Shown: piece after piece, positions 8,966 through 17,270 of the stretch
How positions within the stretch are numbered: the stretch's first letter is position 1
How the letters are laid out: every line of letters begins with the position of its first letter
NCBI GenBank assembly: GCA_031362565.1
Contig: JANLSU010000019.1
Span: forward strand, 1 to 41,549
Source of the DNA: a bacterium
GTDB lineage: Bacteria; Krumholzibacteriota; Krumholzibacteriia; G020349025
Length of the DNA: 41,549 bases
Direction of reading: 5' to 3'
Notes under the pieces: model-generated
The model's database searches: none
Seen by the model: only the letters and a program-made list of their open reading frames with translations
What the model was told of the DNA's origin: nothing
Translations under genes and position numbers: made by a program

Positions 8966-10179
8966 CCCGCGTACAACTGCAGGTCGGTACCGAAGCGATT
9001 GGCCATTTCGACCAAGGTATCCAGATCCGGGTGGCGCAGAACGAGCATGCCGTCGGAAATGAGCGTCGCCTTCCAGTCGCGGCGCTGGGCGCCGAGCGGC
9101 AACAGGTCCACGACACAGACGTGCTCGCCATACTCGGCCATGAGCTGTCCCAGTCCCTCGATCCGCTTGATCCGGCCCTGGCCCTGGGCGCGTTTGAAGA
9201 TCGAACAACAGTTGTATTTGCGTTCGACGCGCTGCGACAGCGTGCCGTGGCAGACGGCCTCGGCCCAGCCCTTGAACAAATCGATATCGCTCGCGAAGTT
9301 CATGATGTCGACGGTGCGCGCCCCGGGCGGCCGGGCGCCGATTTCGCCGAAGACAACTTCGCCATCGGCCTTGCGGTACCACTCCATATGTGTGAACCCG
9401 TCGCGGAAATTCATGGCGCGTAGCACGGCTTCGCCCATGGCACGGCCACCTGCCAGATCGGCGGCGTCGGGATTGCGCAACGCCACCGTGGTCGGACTGA
9501 TCCACTCGAGCGACTTCGACACCAGCGGCCGTGGCCGGTACCAACAGATGTTGTAGAAGAGCATCTTGCCGTTGGCGCACACCGTATCGAACGTGAACTC
9601 TTCCCCGTCGACGAATTCCTCGACACTGACATTGTCCACGTGGCGCAGGCGCGGCATCACCGCGTCGAATTCCTGTTGATTCTGCAATCGGTAGGTGTCC
9701 GCGGAGCCGGCGCCGTCGATCGGTTTGACGATGACGGGAAAGCCGATGCGCTCGGCCGCCACCCGGCACTCGTCGATGCTCGTGCACTTGTAGTGCTTGG
9801 GGGTCCGAATGCCGGCTGCGTCCAGCACCTGTTTCATGATTTCCTTGTCGCGAAACGGAATGGTTTCGGCGACGGTCATCCCGGGCAGGCCCAGCGTCTC
9901 GCGCAGCTTGGCCGCCAGCACCATCATCGGTTCCCACAGGCATTCGACGCGGTCGATGCGAATGCGTTTCGCGAGATCACGGACTTGCGCGATGATGGCG
10001 TCCTCGTCGCTGAAGGACCGGACCTGCAGGTAGTACGCGAGACTGTCGCGCACCTGTGGCGCGAGGCCGCTCTCCGGTTGGTCGCCGACGCCTATGACCC
10101 GCACATCGACGGCAGCCAGACCGCGGGTGAAAAGCGGCATTTCCGGCGGATATCCCGGGGAAATCATCAGAACGTGCAT
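8962..10179 (-). CDS. ATP-grasp ligase (L-amino-acid-ligase-like), paralog A
   Basis: FRDKEIMK, GFPVIVKPIDGAGS, EEFVDGEE, THMEW, FGEIGARPPG. Confidence 0.9.
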   Translation of the reverse strand: MHVLMISPGYPPEMPLFTRGLAAVDVRVIGVGDQPESGLAPQVRDSLAYYLQVRSFSDEDAIIAQVRDLAKRIRIDRVECLWEPMMVLAAKLRETLGLPGMTVAETIPFRDKEIMKQVLDAAGIRTPKHYKCTSIDECRVAAERIGFPVIVKPIDGAGSADTYRLQNQQEFDAVMPRLRHVDNVSVEEFVDGEEFTFDTVCANGKMLFYNICWYRPRPLVSKSLEWISPTTVALRNPDAADLAGGRAMGEAVLRAMNFRDGFTHMEWYRKADGEVVFGEIGARPPGARTVDIMNFASDIDLFKGWAEAVCHGTLSQRVERKYNCCSIFKRAQGQGRIKRIEGLGQLMAEYGEHVCVVDLLPLGAQRRDWKATLISDGMLVLRHPDLDTLVEMANRFGTDLQLYAG

Positions 10180-10207
10180 CGCGTCTCCAATGCGTCGCGG
10201 GCCTGGG

Positions 10208-11428
10208 TCAGGCCAGTTCGACTCGAATGATGCTCACGATCCGCTTCAATGCGTCTTCGACGACTTGCGTGTCGGGATGGCGCACGATCACATAACCATC
10301 GCCATCGTACGTCCCCGATGGCGTTTGACCGGCACGCGGCAGCTTCGCCTCGACGACGAGCGGCGCGACTTCGCGCTGCGCCCGGTCGAGGCCGGTGATG
10401 CCAACGACGCGGCCCTGGCCTTGGCCGCGTAGGAATGCGGCGCCGGCCGCGTAACGCCGCTCGGGCGGCCGGAATTCGTCGTGCACCATGAGATGCGCCC
10501 ACGCTTTGTACATGTCGATGTCGTGGGCGTACGACATGAGCGTCGTGAACTGCGCCCCCGGGGGCCGCGCCCCGACTTCGGAAATCGCCACACTGCCGTC
10601 ACGGCGGCGAAACCATTCCATGTGGCTCAAGCCGGTGCGCATGCCGAGCACCTGCAAGGCATGCGTCGCAGCATGCCGAATGGGCTCGAACTCGGGGCCG
10701 TCGATCTCGCGCGGCAGGACTACGACCCACTGGATCCACGGATTTTCCAAGACCTCGAGCGGGGTCGGGAAGTAGCGCGAGATGGAATGCCACACCATGC
10801 GCCCATCGACGAAGACGCTGTCGAAGGAGTGTTCTTGGCCGCGGATGAACTCTTCCAGGAGCACTGGGCTGTGCGGCGAGGGCGGCAGCGTCGAGAGCCC
10901 CTGGCTGAGCGCCGTGTAGTCGTCGACGCGAAACGTATTGCGCGATCCGGCGCCGTCCGGCGGCTTGATCACCAGCGGATAGCCGATCTCGGCGGCGAAG
11001 GCGAAGGCCTCCGGTACGGTGGCGACCAGGCGGTGCCGTGCGCAGGGGACATCGTGGCTCCGAAGCACGTTCTTCATGCGAGCTTTGTCACGGAAGTTCT
11101 GCGCTGCTTCGACGCCGAGGCCGTCGATTCCAAGTGCCTCACGCACCTGCGCCAGCGGCACCTGCAGTTGTTCGAGTGTTCCAAGCAGGCGATGCACCGG
11201 GCCGAGACGCGCCGCAAGGGTGCGCACCGCAGCCGCGATCTGCGCCGGGTCGAGACCATCCGCGACGCGCTCGTGCGCCACCAGCTTGGCCCGCAGGCCC
11301 GCCGGCAATTTCGAATCGGGATCTTGGCTGACGAGCGCCAGCCGCGTATCCACGACATCGGCGGCCGCTTCCACGAATCGCAAGGTCGCGTCCATGAAAA
11401 ACGGGGCGACGAAGACGACGTTTGGCAT
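10208..11428 (-). CDS. ATP-grasp ligase, paralog B
   Basis: FRDKARMK, GYPLVIKPPDGAGS, EEFIRGQE, SHMEW, SEVGARPPG; start MPNVVFVAPFF. Confidence 0.9.
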   Translation of the reverse strand: MPNVVFVAPFFMDATLRFVEAAADVVDTRLALVSQDPDSKLPAGLRAKLVAHERVADGLDPAQIAAAVRTLAARLGPVHRLLGTLEQLQVPLAQVREALGIDGLGVEAAQNFRDKARMKNVLRSHDVPCARHRLVATVPEAFAFAAEIGYPLVIKPPDGAGSRNTFRVDDYTALSQGLSTLPPSPHSPVLLEEFIRGQEHSFDSVFVDGRMVWHSISRYFPTPLEVLENPWIQWVVVLPREIDGPEFEPIRHAATHALQVLGMRTGLSHMEWFRRRDGSVAISEVGARPPGAQFTTLMSYAHDIDMYKAWAHLMVHDEFRPPERRYAAGAAFLRGQGQGRVVGITGLDRAQREVAPLVVEAKLPRAGQTPSGTYDGDGYVIVRHPDTQVVEDALKRIVSIIRVELA

Positions 11429-11538
11429 GGTGTCGAGTCTAGCCGCGCCCGCCGACCGATGACAAGGCACCCCAGGGGACACGCCGGCAAAGTCGTGGTA
11501 AAGTCGGCGTGTTCTCCTCTCCCACATGGAGACTCGCC
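11429..11538. promoter_or_regulatory. Divergent promoter region of the ATP-grasp cluster
   Basis: Minus strand: TTGTCA(11465-11460)-N18-TAGACT(11441-11436), 7 nt before ATG 11428. Plus strand: TGGTAAAGT extended -10-like (11496-11504), flanked by the 8-bp inverted repeat ACACGCCG(11479-11486)/CGGCGTGT(11505-11512); GGAGA RBS before ATG 11539. Confidence 0.55.
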
Positions 11539-12762
11539 ATGAACATCATTCTCATCGAGCCCTGTTTTCCGGCCAACCAGCGGCAGTTCGCACGCGGCCT
11601 GGCGGAAGCCGGCGCCACGGTCATCGGCATCGGGGAGTCCTCGAAGGCGGCCCTCGGCAACGATTTGAGCCGTTGGCTGACGCACTACGAACAAATCGGC
11701 TCGGTGTGCGACGAGGCGGCGCTGCTCGAGAAGGTGCGCTGGATTCAGGGGCAAACCCGGGTCGATCGTCTGGAGTCGACGATCGAAGCCCATCAGATGC
11801 CGGCAGCGCGCGTGCGCGAGGCGTGCGACATTCCAGGCACTTCGGTCAAGACAACCTTTCTCTGCCGCGACAAACCGGCGATGAAGGAGGCGCTGCGAGC
11901 TGCCGGTGTTCCCTGCGCCCAGTCCACCGGAGCTGCGAGCGGCGACGAGGTGCGCGCCTTCGTGAAGCAGGCCGGCTACCCGGTCATCTTAAAACCACGC
12001 GATGGGGCCGGCGCTTCCGGCACGGTGCGCGCCGATGATGCGGCACAGTTGGAGCAGGCGATCGAAGCAACGCATGTCGACCGTGGCGCGTCCATCGCCG
12101 TCGAGGAGTTCATCGAAGGGCACGAGGGCTTCTACGACACCCTGACCATCGGCGGCGAGGTCGCGATGGAGTTCGCGACGCACTACTATCCCAACGTTCT
12201 CGAAGCGATGCGCACGCGCTGGATCTCGCCGCAGTTCATCAGCACCAATCGCATCGACGATGCGCCGGCCTACGCCGAGGTCAAGGCCATGGGGCGCAAG
12301 GTCATCGAGGCGCTCGGCATCGACACCTCCGCGACCCATATGGAATGGTTCTTCGGTCCCAAGGGACTCAAGTTTTCCGAAATCGGCTGCCGGCCGCCCG
12401 GAGTGCGCGCCTGGGACCTGTACAACGCCGGCAACGACATCGATCTGTACCGCGAGTGGGCGAATGCGGTCGCGTACGGGCGCGTCGAACACCGCCCGTC
12501 GCGGCGTTTTTCCGCCGGCATCATCGCGTTACGGCCGGATCGTGACGGCCGCATCGCGCGCTACGAAGGTGTCGACGTCATCGAGAGCCGCTTCGGCCAG
12601 TGGATCATCGACGCGCACCTGCCCGATGCCGGCACGCCGACCCAAGGCGTCGAAGCCGGATACATGGCGAACGCCTGGGTCCGCATGCGCCATCCCGACT
12701 ACGACGAACTGCAATCCATGCTCGACACCGTCGGCCGCACGGTGAAAGTGCGGGCGGAATGA
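11539..12762 (+). CDS. ATP-grasp ligase, paralog C
   Basis: CRDKPAMK, GYPVILKPRDGAGA, EEFIEGHE, THMEW, FSEIGCRPPG. Confidence 0.9.
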   Translation: MNIILIEPCFPANQRQFARGLAEAGATVIGIGESSKAALGNDLSRWLTHYEQIGSVCDEAALLEKVRWIQGQTRVDRLESTIEAHQMPAARVREACDIPGTSVKTTFLCRDKPAMKEALRAAGVPCAQSTGAASGDEVRAFVKQAGYPVILKPRDGAGASGTVRADDAAQLEQAIEATHVDRGASIAVEEFIEGHEGFYDTLTIGGEVAMEFATHYYPNVLEAMRTRWISPQFISTNRIDDAPAYAEVKAMGRKVIEALGIDTSATHMEWFFGPKGLKFSEIGCRPPGVRAWDLYNAGNDIDLYREWANAVAYGRVEHRPSRRFSAGIIALRPDRDGRIARYEGVDVIESRFGQWIIDAHLPDAGTPTQGVEAGYMANAWVRMRHPDYDELQSMLDTVGRTVKVRAE

Positions 12763-13778
12763 CGGCAGAGTCGCAGCGTTCCGGCCGCAGCGCACCGCGC
12801 GGCGGCCGTTCGAGCCCCAAGTCGAGCCCCGGCCACGGCACGGTGGCTGCGACGCGCGTTACCTTGCTCGGGCCGCAGCGCCTGCAGCCGACGCTGCGCC
12901 CGGCGCTCGACGCCATGGGCGCCCAGGGACCCGTCGCGACGATTACGGCAGGCTGGCAAGAGCGCGAGTCCGACGATCACGAACTGCACGAGCATCTCGA
13001 ACGCCGCTCGATCAACTTGGCGCTGTACCTGCGCGCCGAACGGGCGTTTTCGCGCGACCCGGAATTGACCAAAGCGCACAGCTTGCGCCAGTCGCGGCTG
13101 CGTGAATCGCAGGACCTCTACAACGTCCGGCTCGACCACGCCATGGCCACGGCCTACGAATTGCTGCGCCGCCCCGGCGACTCCGACTTGCTGCGGGAGG
13201 CGCGTGCTGCTGCCATCGATACGATTCGTGACATCGATGCGCGGCATCTGCAGCGGGTCGCCGCCATCCACACCGAGTTTGAAGAACAGTGGCACCCCGC
13301 GGAGCGCGATTCCATCGGCCGTGAACGGCGCGAGATCGAATCCATCTTGCGTGACACGGCCGCGGTGGCGATTGCCGGTGGCCATGTGGCCATTCTGCTC
13401 AACCGGCTGCGGTTGTTCGGATTTGGAGCCTTGTTGCAAGACCGCACCGTCGCCGCATGGTCGGCAGGCGCCATGGCAATCGCCGATCGGGTCGTCGTCT
13501 TTCACGACCAGCCGGCACATGGCATGGGCAATGCCGAGGTGCTCGAAGTCGGGCTCGGGCTCGCACCCGGCATCGTGCCGTTGCCGCATGCGCGGCATCG
13601 CCTGAACCTGGAGGATCAAGCGCGAGTCGGGTTGTTTGCGGCGCGTTTCGCGCCCGCCGTCTGCGTGCCCATGAACGAGGGGGCGCGCGTCGGCGTTGGC
13701 GGCACGGGCTGGCTGGGTGCGCCCGACATGCAACGCCTGCTGCCGGATGGGCGCGTCGGCGAGTTGGAGAGTGCATGA
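12759..13778 (+). CDS. Peptidase S51-like (cyanophycinase/PepE, class I GATase-like fold) protein
   Basis: ITAGW, AIAGGH, nucleophile elbow AWSAGAM, GLGL..LPHA, downstream MNEG; ATGA overlap with the upstream gene. Confidence 0.72.
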   Translation: MTAESQRSGRSAPRGGRSSPKSSPGHGTVAATRVTLLGPQRLQPTLRPALDAMGAQGPVATITAGWQERESDDHELHEHLERRSINLALYLRAERAFSRDPELTKAHSLRQSRLRESQDLYNVRLDHAMATAYELLRRPGDSDLLREARAAAIDTIRDIDARHLQRVAAIHTEFEEQWHPAERDSIGRERREIESILRDTAAVAIAGGHVAILLNRLRLFGFGALLQDRTVAAWSAGAMAIADRVVVFHDQPAHGMGNAEVLEVGLGLAPGIVPLPHARHRLNLEDQARVGLFAARFAPAVCVPMNEGARVGVGGTGWLGAPDMQRLLPDGRVGELESA

Positions 13779-14938
13779 GATCCCACGTGCAAGATCTTCA
13801 CGCCGGCCTCGCCATTGCGACGCTCTTGCAGCAGCAACCGCCGGATCCGGCGGCTCTCGACGCGTTCGTCAGCAGCCATTCCTTCCCGCTCGTCGAAGGC
13901 ACGCGCGTCACGTTCGTTTTTCGCGGCCAGGCCGACACCGTGCAACTGCGCCATTTCATCTTCGGATTGCCGTCCATCCAAGCCTTCACGCGCGTCGGCA
14001 GCACCGATTTTTGGTACTTGGTGCTGGAGATCCCGGCCAACTCGCGCTTCGAGTACAAGATCGAAGTGGTGCGCGACGGCACCGGTCATTGGATCGAAGA
14101 TCCGCTCAATCCCAACAAGACGGCTGACCCGTTCGGCAACAACTCGGTGTGCCGCACGAGCGGCTACGTACTGCCGGACTGGACGCAGCCCGATCCCGAA
14201 GCCCGCGCCGGCACCCTCGACGAACTGCGCCTTGCGAGTCGCTCGTTGCACCGCGAGACGCGCGTCACGATGTATCTGCCGGCGCGCTTCCGGCGCACCC
14301 GGCGTTATCCGCTCTTGCTCGTGCACGACGGCGCCGACTATCTGAATTACGCCGGCATGAAGACGGTGCTCGACAACCTCATTCACCGGCTCGATGTCTC
14401 GGAGCTGGTTGCGGCGTTCTTGCACCCGCACGACCGGCTCGGCGAATACGCCAACAGCGCCGACCACGCGCGCTTCCTGACCCACGAACTCGTGCCGGAG
14501 CTCGAGAAGCGTTTGCCGTTGCTCGGCGCGCCCGAGGGACGCTGCATGATGGGCGCGAGTTTTGGTGCCGTGGCGTCGCTTGCGGCGGCGTATCAAGACC
14601 CGGGGTTCTATGGCCGTCTGCTCTTGCAGAGCGGCTCGTTCGCCTTCACCGATATCGGCCCGCAGAAGCGCGGCCCGGTGTTCGAGCCGGTGGTGGAATT
14701 CGTCAATGCCTTCCGCGCCCAGCCGCTCAAGGTGTCGGAACGCGTCTTTTTGAGTTGCGGCACGTACGAGTCGCTCATCTATGAGAACCGTTCGCTGGTT
14801 CCGCTCCTGCAATCGACCGGAATGGAAGTGCGCTACGTCGAAAGCCGCGACGGACACAACTGGGAGAACTGGCGGGACCGCCTCCGGGACGGCCTGTCGT
14901 GGCTCCTTCCGGGACCGCTCTGGATGGTGTATGAATAG
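13775..14938 (+). CDS. Fes-like alpha/beta-hydrolase esterase with N-terminal E-set/CBM48-like domain
   Basis: N-terminal VTFVFRG..W..RFEYKIEV..WIEDPLNP; catalytic MYLP..YPLLLVHDG, GASFG, GHNWENW; ATGA overlap. Confidence 0.85.
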   Translation: MRSHVQDLHAGLAIATLLQQQPPDPAALDAFVSSHSFPLVEGTRVTFVFRGQADTVQLRHFIFGLPSIQAFTRVGSTDFWYLVLEIPANSRFEYKIEVVRDGTGHWIEDPLNPNKTADPFGNNSVCRTSGYVLPDWTQPDPEARAGTLDELRLASRSLHRETRVTMYLPARFRRTRRYPLLLVHDGADYLNYAGMKTVLDNLIHRLDVSELVAAFLHPHDRLGEYANSADHARFLTHELVPELEKRLPLLGAPEGRCMMGASFGAVASLAAAYQDPGFYGRLLLQSGSFAFTDIGPQKRGPVFEPVVEFVNAFRAQPLKVSERVFLSCGTYESLIYENRSLVPLLQSTGMEVRYVESRDGHNWENWRDRLRDGLSWLLPGPLWMVYE

Positions 14939-15022
14939 AGGGTCCCAGCCATTCCCGACACCTTGGCCCGTGGCCCCCTGCCAGTGGACCATCGGCAGAT
15001 TTTCGAAAGGAACCGCGACCCC

Positions 15023-16468
15023 ATGGCGAATGTCACTCGCAGGATCGGCCTCTCGTTAGGCGCCGACATCTGCTGGCCCATCTGTTACGAGGAGATCCTG
15101 AAGCGGCTCGACCTGGCGATTCCCGCCGGCCGCGACACCGTGCGCTTCGAGATGGATCGCATCACGATCGAGCCCTTCGACCTGCGCCAGCCCTGCAAGT
15201 ACGACGTCGTCCTCGACCGGTTGACGCATTGGTATCACACGAGCCGCGAGTGGATCAAAAAGGCCGTCATCATGGATGGCCTGTACGTGCTCAACAATCC
15301 GTGGTCGGTGCAATCCATGGAGAAGCACACGTCCTATTGCGCCATGATGCACTTGGGGATGCCGATCCCGGCAACCTGGATGCTGCCGCCCAAACGTTAC
15401 GAGCAACTGCCCGATCTGCAGGTGACGCTCGACCGCTACGCCCAACTCTTCGATTTGAAGGCGATCGGTGACACCGTCGGCTACCCGCAGTTCATGAAAC
15501 CGTACGACGGCGGCGCCTGGGCCGGGGTCACGAAGATCGACAATGAATGGGCCTTGAAGGGCGCCTACGACCAGAGCGGCACGCGCGTCATGCACTTGCA
15601 GAAGGCCGTCGACCCCTACGATCTCTTCGTGCGCTGCATCGGGCTCGGACCGCAGACGTATTGCGTCAAATACGACCCGTCGGCGCCGCTCCACAGCCGC
15701 TACACCATGGACCGCGGGTTCTTGTCGGCCGCCGACGAGAAGTTGATGCGCGATATGACGCTGGTCATCAACACGTTCTTCGGCTGGGACTTCAATTCGT
15801 GTGAGGCGCTGCGCCAAGGCGATACCTGGGTGCCGATCGACTTCGCGAATCCGTGCCCGGATTCGCAGGTGACGTCGCTGCACTACCACTTCCCGTGGCT
15901 CGTCAAGGCGAACCTGCGCTGGTCGCTCTTCTGCGCCGCGACCAAGCGCCCGATGCGCATGAATCTCGACTGGGCGCCATACTACGAGATCGCCGCGAAG
16001 GACTGGGCCTATCCGGAGAAGCTCGCGGCGTATGCCAAGATCGCCCATGAGCGCCTGGATACCGAGCGCTTCGAAGAGTTCTGCGCCAAGCACCTTGGCC
16101 ATCTGGACGAGGTGACGTGGGAGTTCTTCGCCAGCGACCGCGCTATCGACGCGGTGCGCCAGAAGGTGACGGCGCTCTATCCGGCGCACGAGGTCGAGTC
16201 GTTCACGACGTTGTTCTGGAACCGCATCCAACACTGGCGCGAACGCGAAGCGCCCGCCGGCAAGGTGGCGCCAAAGACCGCGGATCCGGCACCCGCACCG
16301 GTGGCCGTTGCGCCGGCACTGAAGCCGGTCGAAGCCAAGCTCGCGCCGTCCAAGCCGGCGAAGGCAACGGCCGCACCGAAGCCCAGCGTCGCTGCGACAC
16401 GTCCCGCCGCTCAAAAGACCAAACCCAAGTCCACGAAGCCCGCTGCGGGCGACCGGGCGCAGGGGTGA
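15023..16468 (+). CDS. Divergent RimK/glutathione-synthetase-like ATP-grasp protein with Pro/Ala/Lys-rich tail
   Basis: VLNNPW..EK, GMPIPATWMLP, GYPQFMKPYDGGAWAGV, IDFANPCPD; low-complexity C-terminal tail. Confidence 0.78.
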   Translation: MANVTRRIGLSLGADICWPICYEEILKRLDLAIPAGRDTVRFEMDRITIEPFDLRQPCKYDVVLDRLTHWYHTSREWIKKAVIMDGLYVLNNPWSVQSMEKHTSYCAMMHLGMPIPATWMLPPKRYEQLPDLQVTLDRYAQLFDLKAIGDTVGYPQFMKPYDGGAWAGVTKIDNEWALKGAYDQSGTRVMHLQKAVDPYDLFVRCIGLGPQTYCVKYDPSAPLHSRYTMDRGFLSAADEKLMRDMTLVINTFFGWDFNSCEALRQGDTWVPIDFANPCPDSQVTSLHYHFPWLVKANLRWSLFCAATKRPMRMNLDWAPYYEIAAKDWAYPEKLAAYAKIAHERLDTERFEEFCAKHLGHLDEVTWEFFASDRAIDAVRQKVTALYPAHEVESFTTLFWNRIQHWREREAPAGKVAPKTADPAPAPVAVAPALKPVEAKLAPSKPAKATAAPKPSVAATRPAAQKTKPKSTKPAAGDRAQG

Positions 16469-16475
16469 CGCGGGC

Positions 16476-17219
16476 ATGTCCAAGATCACCACGAAATGGT
16501 ATTCGGAGCGTTTGAAGCAAGAAGTGCAGGTCGTGCGCTGGGGCGACGTGGGAACACCCTTGCTGTTGTTTCCAACCGCCGGCGGCGACGCCGAGGAAAT
16601 CGAACGCTTTCTGATGATCGATGCACTGGCGCCCCTGCTCGAAGCGCAACGCATCAAAGTCTATTCGTGTGACAGCATCGCCGGCAAGGCGTGGATCCAG
16701 AGCGAAGGCGATGACCGCCATCGCGGCCGCATGCAGAATCAGTTTCATGAATTCGTGTATCGCGAAATCGCGCCGGCAATTCGCATGGACTGCAAGAATC
16801 CCGGGATCGAGGTCATCGCGGCTGGTGCATCGATCGGCGCCTACAACGCGCTCGCTGTCACCTGCCGCTATCCGGATGTGTTTCGCGCCGCCATTTGCAT
16901 GTCCGGGACGTACAACCTCGAGCGCTTCATCGACGCCGAGAAGACGATGGATTTCTACTATGCGTCGCCGCTGCACTTCCTGGGTGATCTGCAGGGGACG
17001 CAGTTGGAGGCGCTCCAGAAGCGCTACATCCTATTGGCGTCGGGCCAGGGCCGCGCCGAGGATATCGACGAATCCTGGCGGATCGCTCATCTGCTAGGCT
17101 TGAAGGGTGTCCCCAACCGGGTCGACCCGTGGAGCGCCGAATGGCACCACGATTGGCCGACGTGGCGCCGCATGCTGCCACAGTACGTGGATGAGCTGGC
17201 GCCCAAGGCGGATGCATAG
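16476..17219 (+). CDS. Esterase-family alpha/beta-hydrolase
   Basis: GTPLLLFPTAGG, GASIGAY nucleophile elbow, MSGTY, HDWPTWRRML. Confidence 0.87.
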   Translation: MSKITTKWYSERLKQEVQVVRWGDVGTPLLLFPTAGGDAEEIERFLMIDALAPLLEAQRIKVYSCDSIAGKAWIQSEGDDRHRGRMQNQFHEFVYREIAPAIRMDCKNPGIEVIAAGASIGAYNALAVTCRYPDVFRAAICMSGTYNLERFIDAEKTMDFYYASPLHFLGDLQGTQLEALQKRYILLASGQGRAEDIDESWRIAHLLGLKGVPNRVDPWSAEWHHDWPTWRRMLPQYVDELAPKADA

Positions 17220-17270
17220 CCGGCGACGTGTGAGACCACCAAGAGCGAGCGGGCTCGAAGGAAGGCGCGC

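Noticed and set aside
8966..9943. 326-aa N-terminal extension of GlgB (1098-aa ORF in the track)
   Set aside because: It overlaps ATP-grasp A in another frame and reads as Arg/Gly-rich off-frame sequence; GlgB similarity starts at the GTG at 8965.
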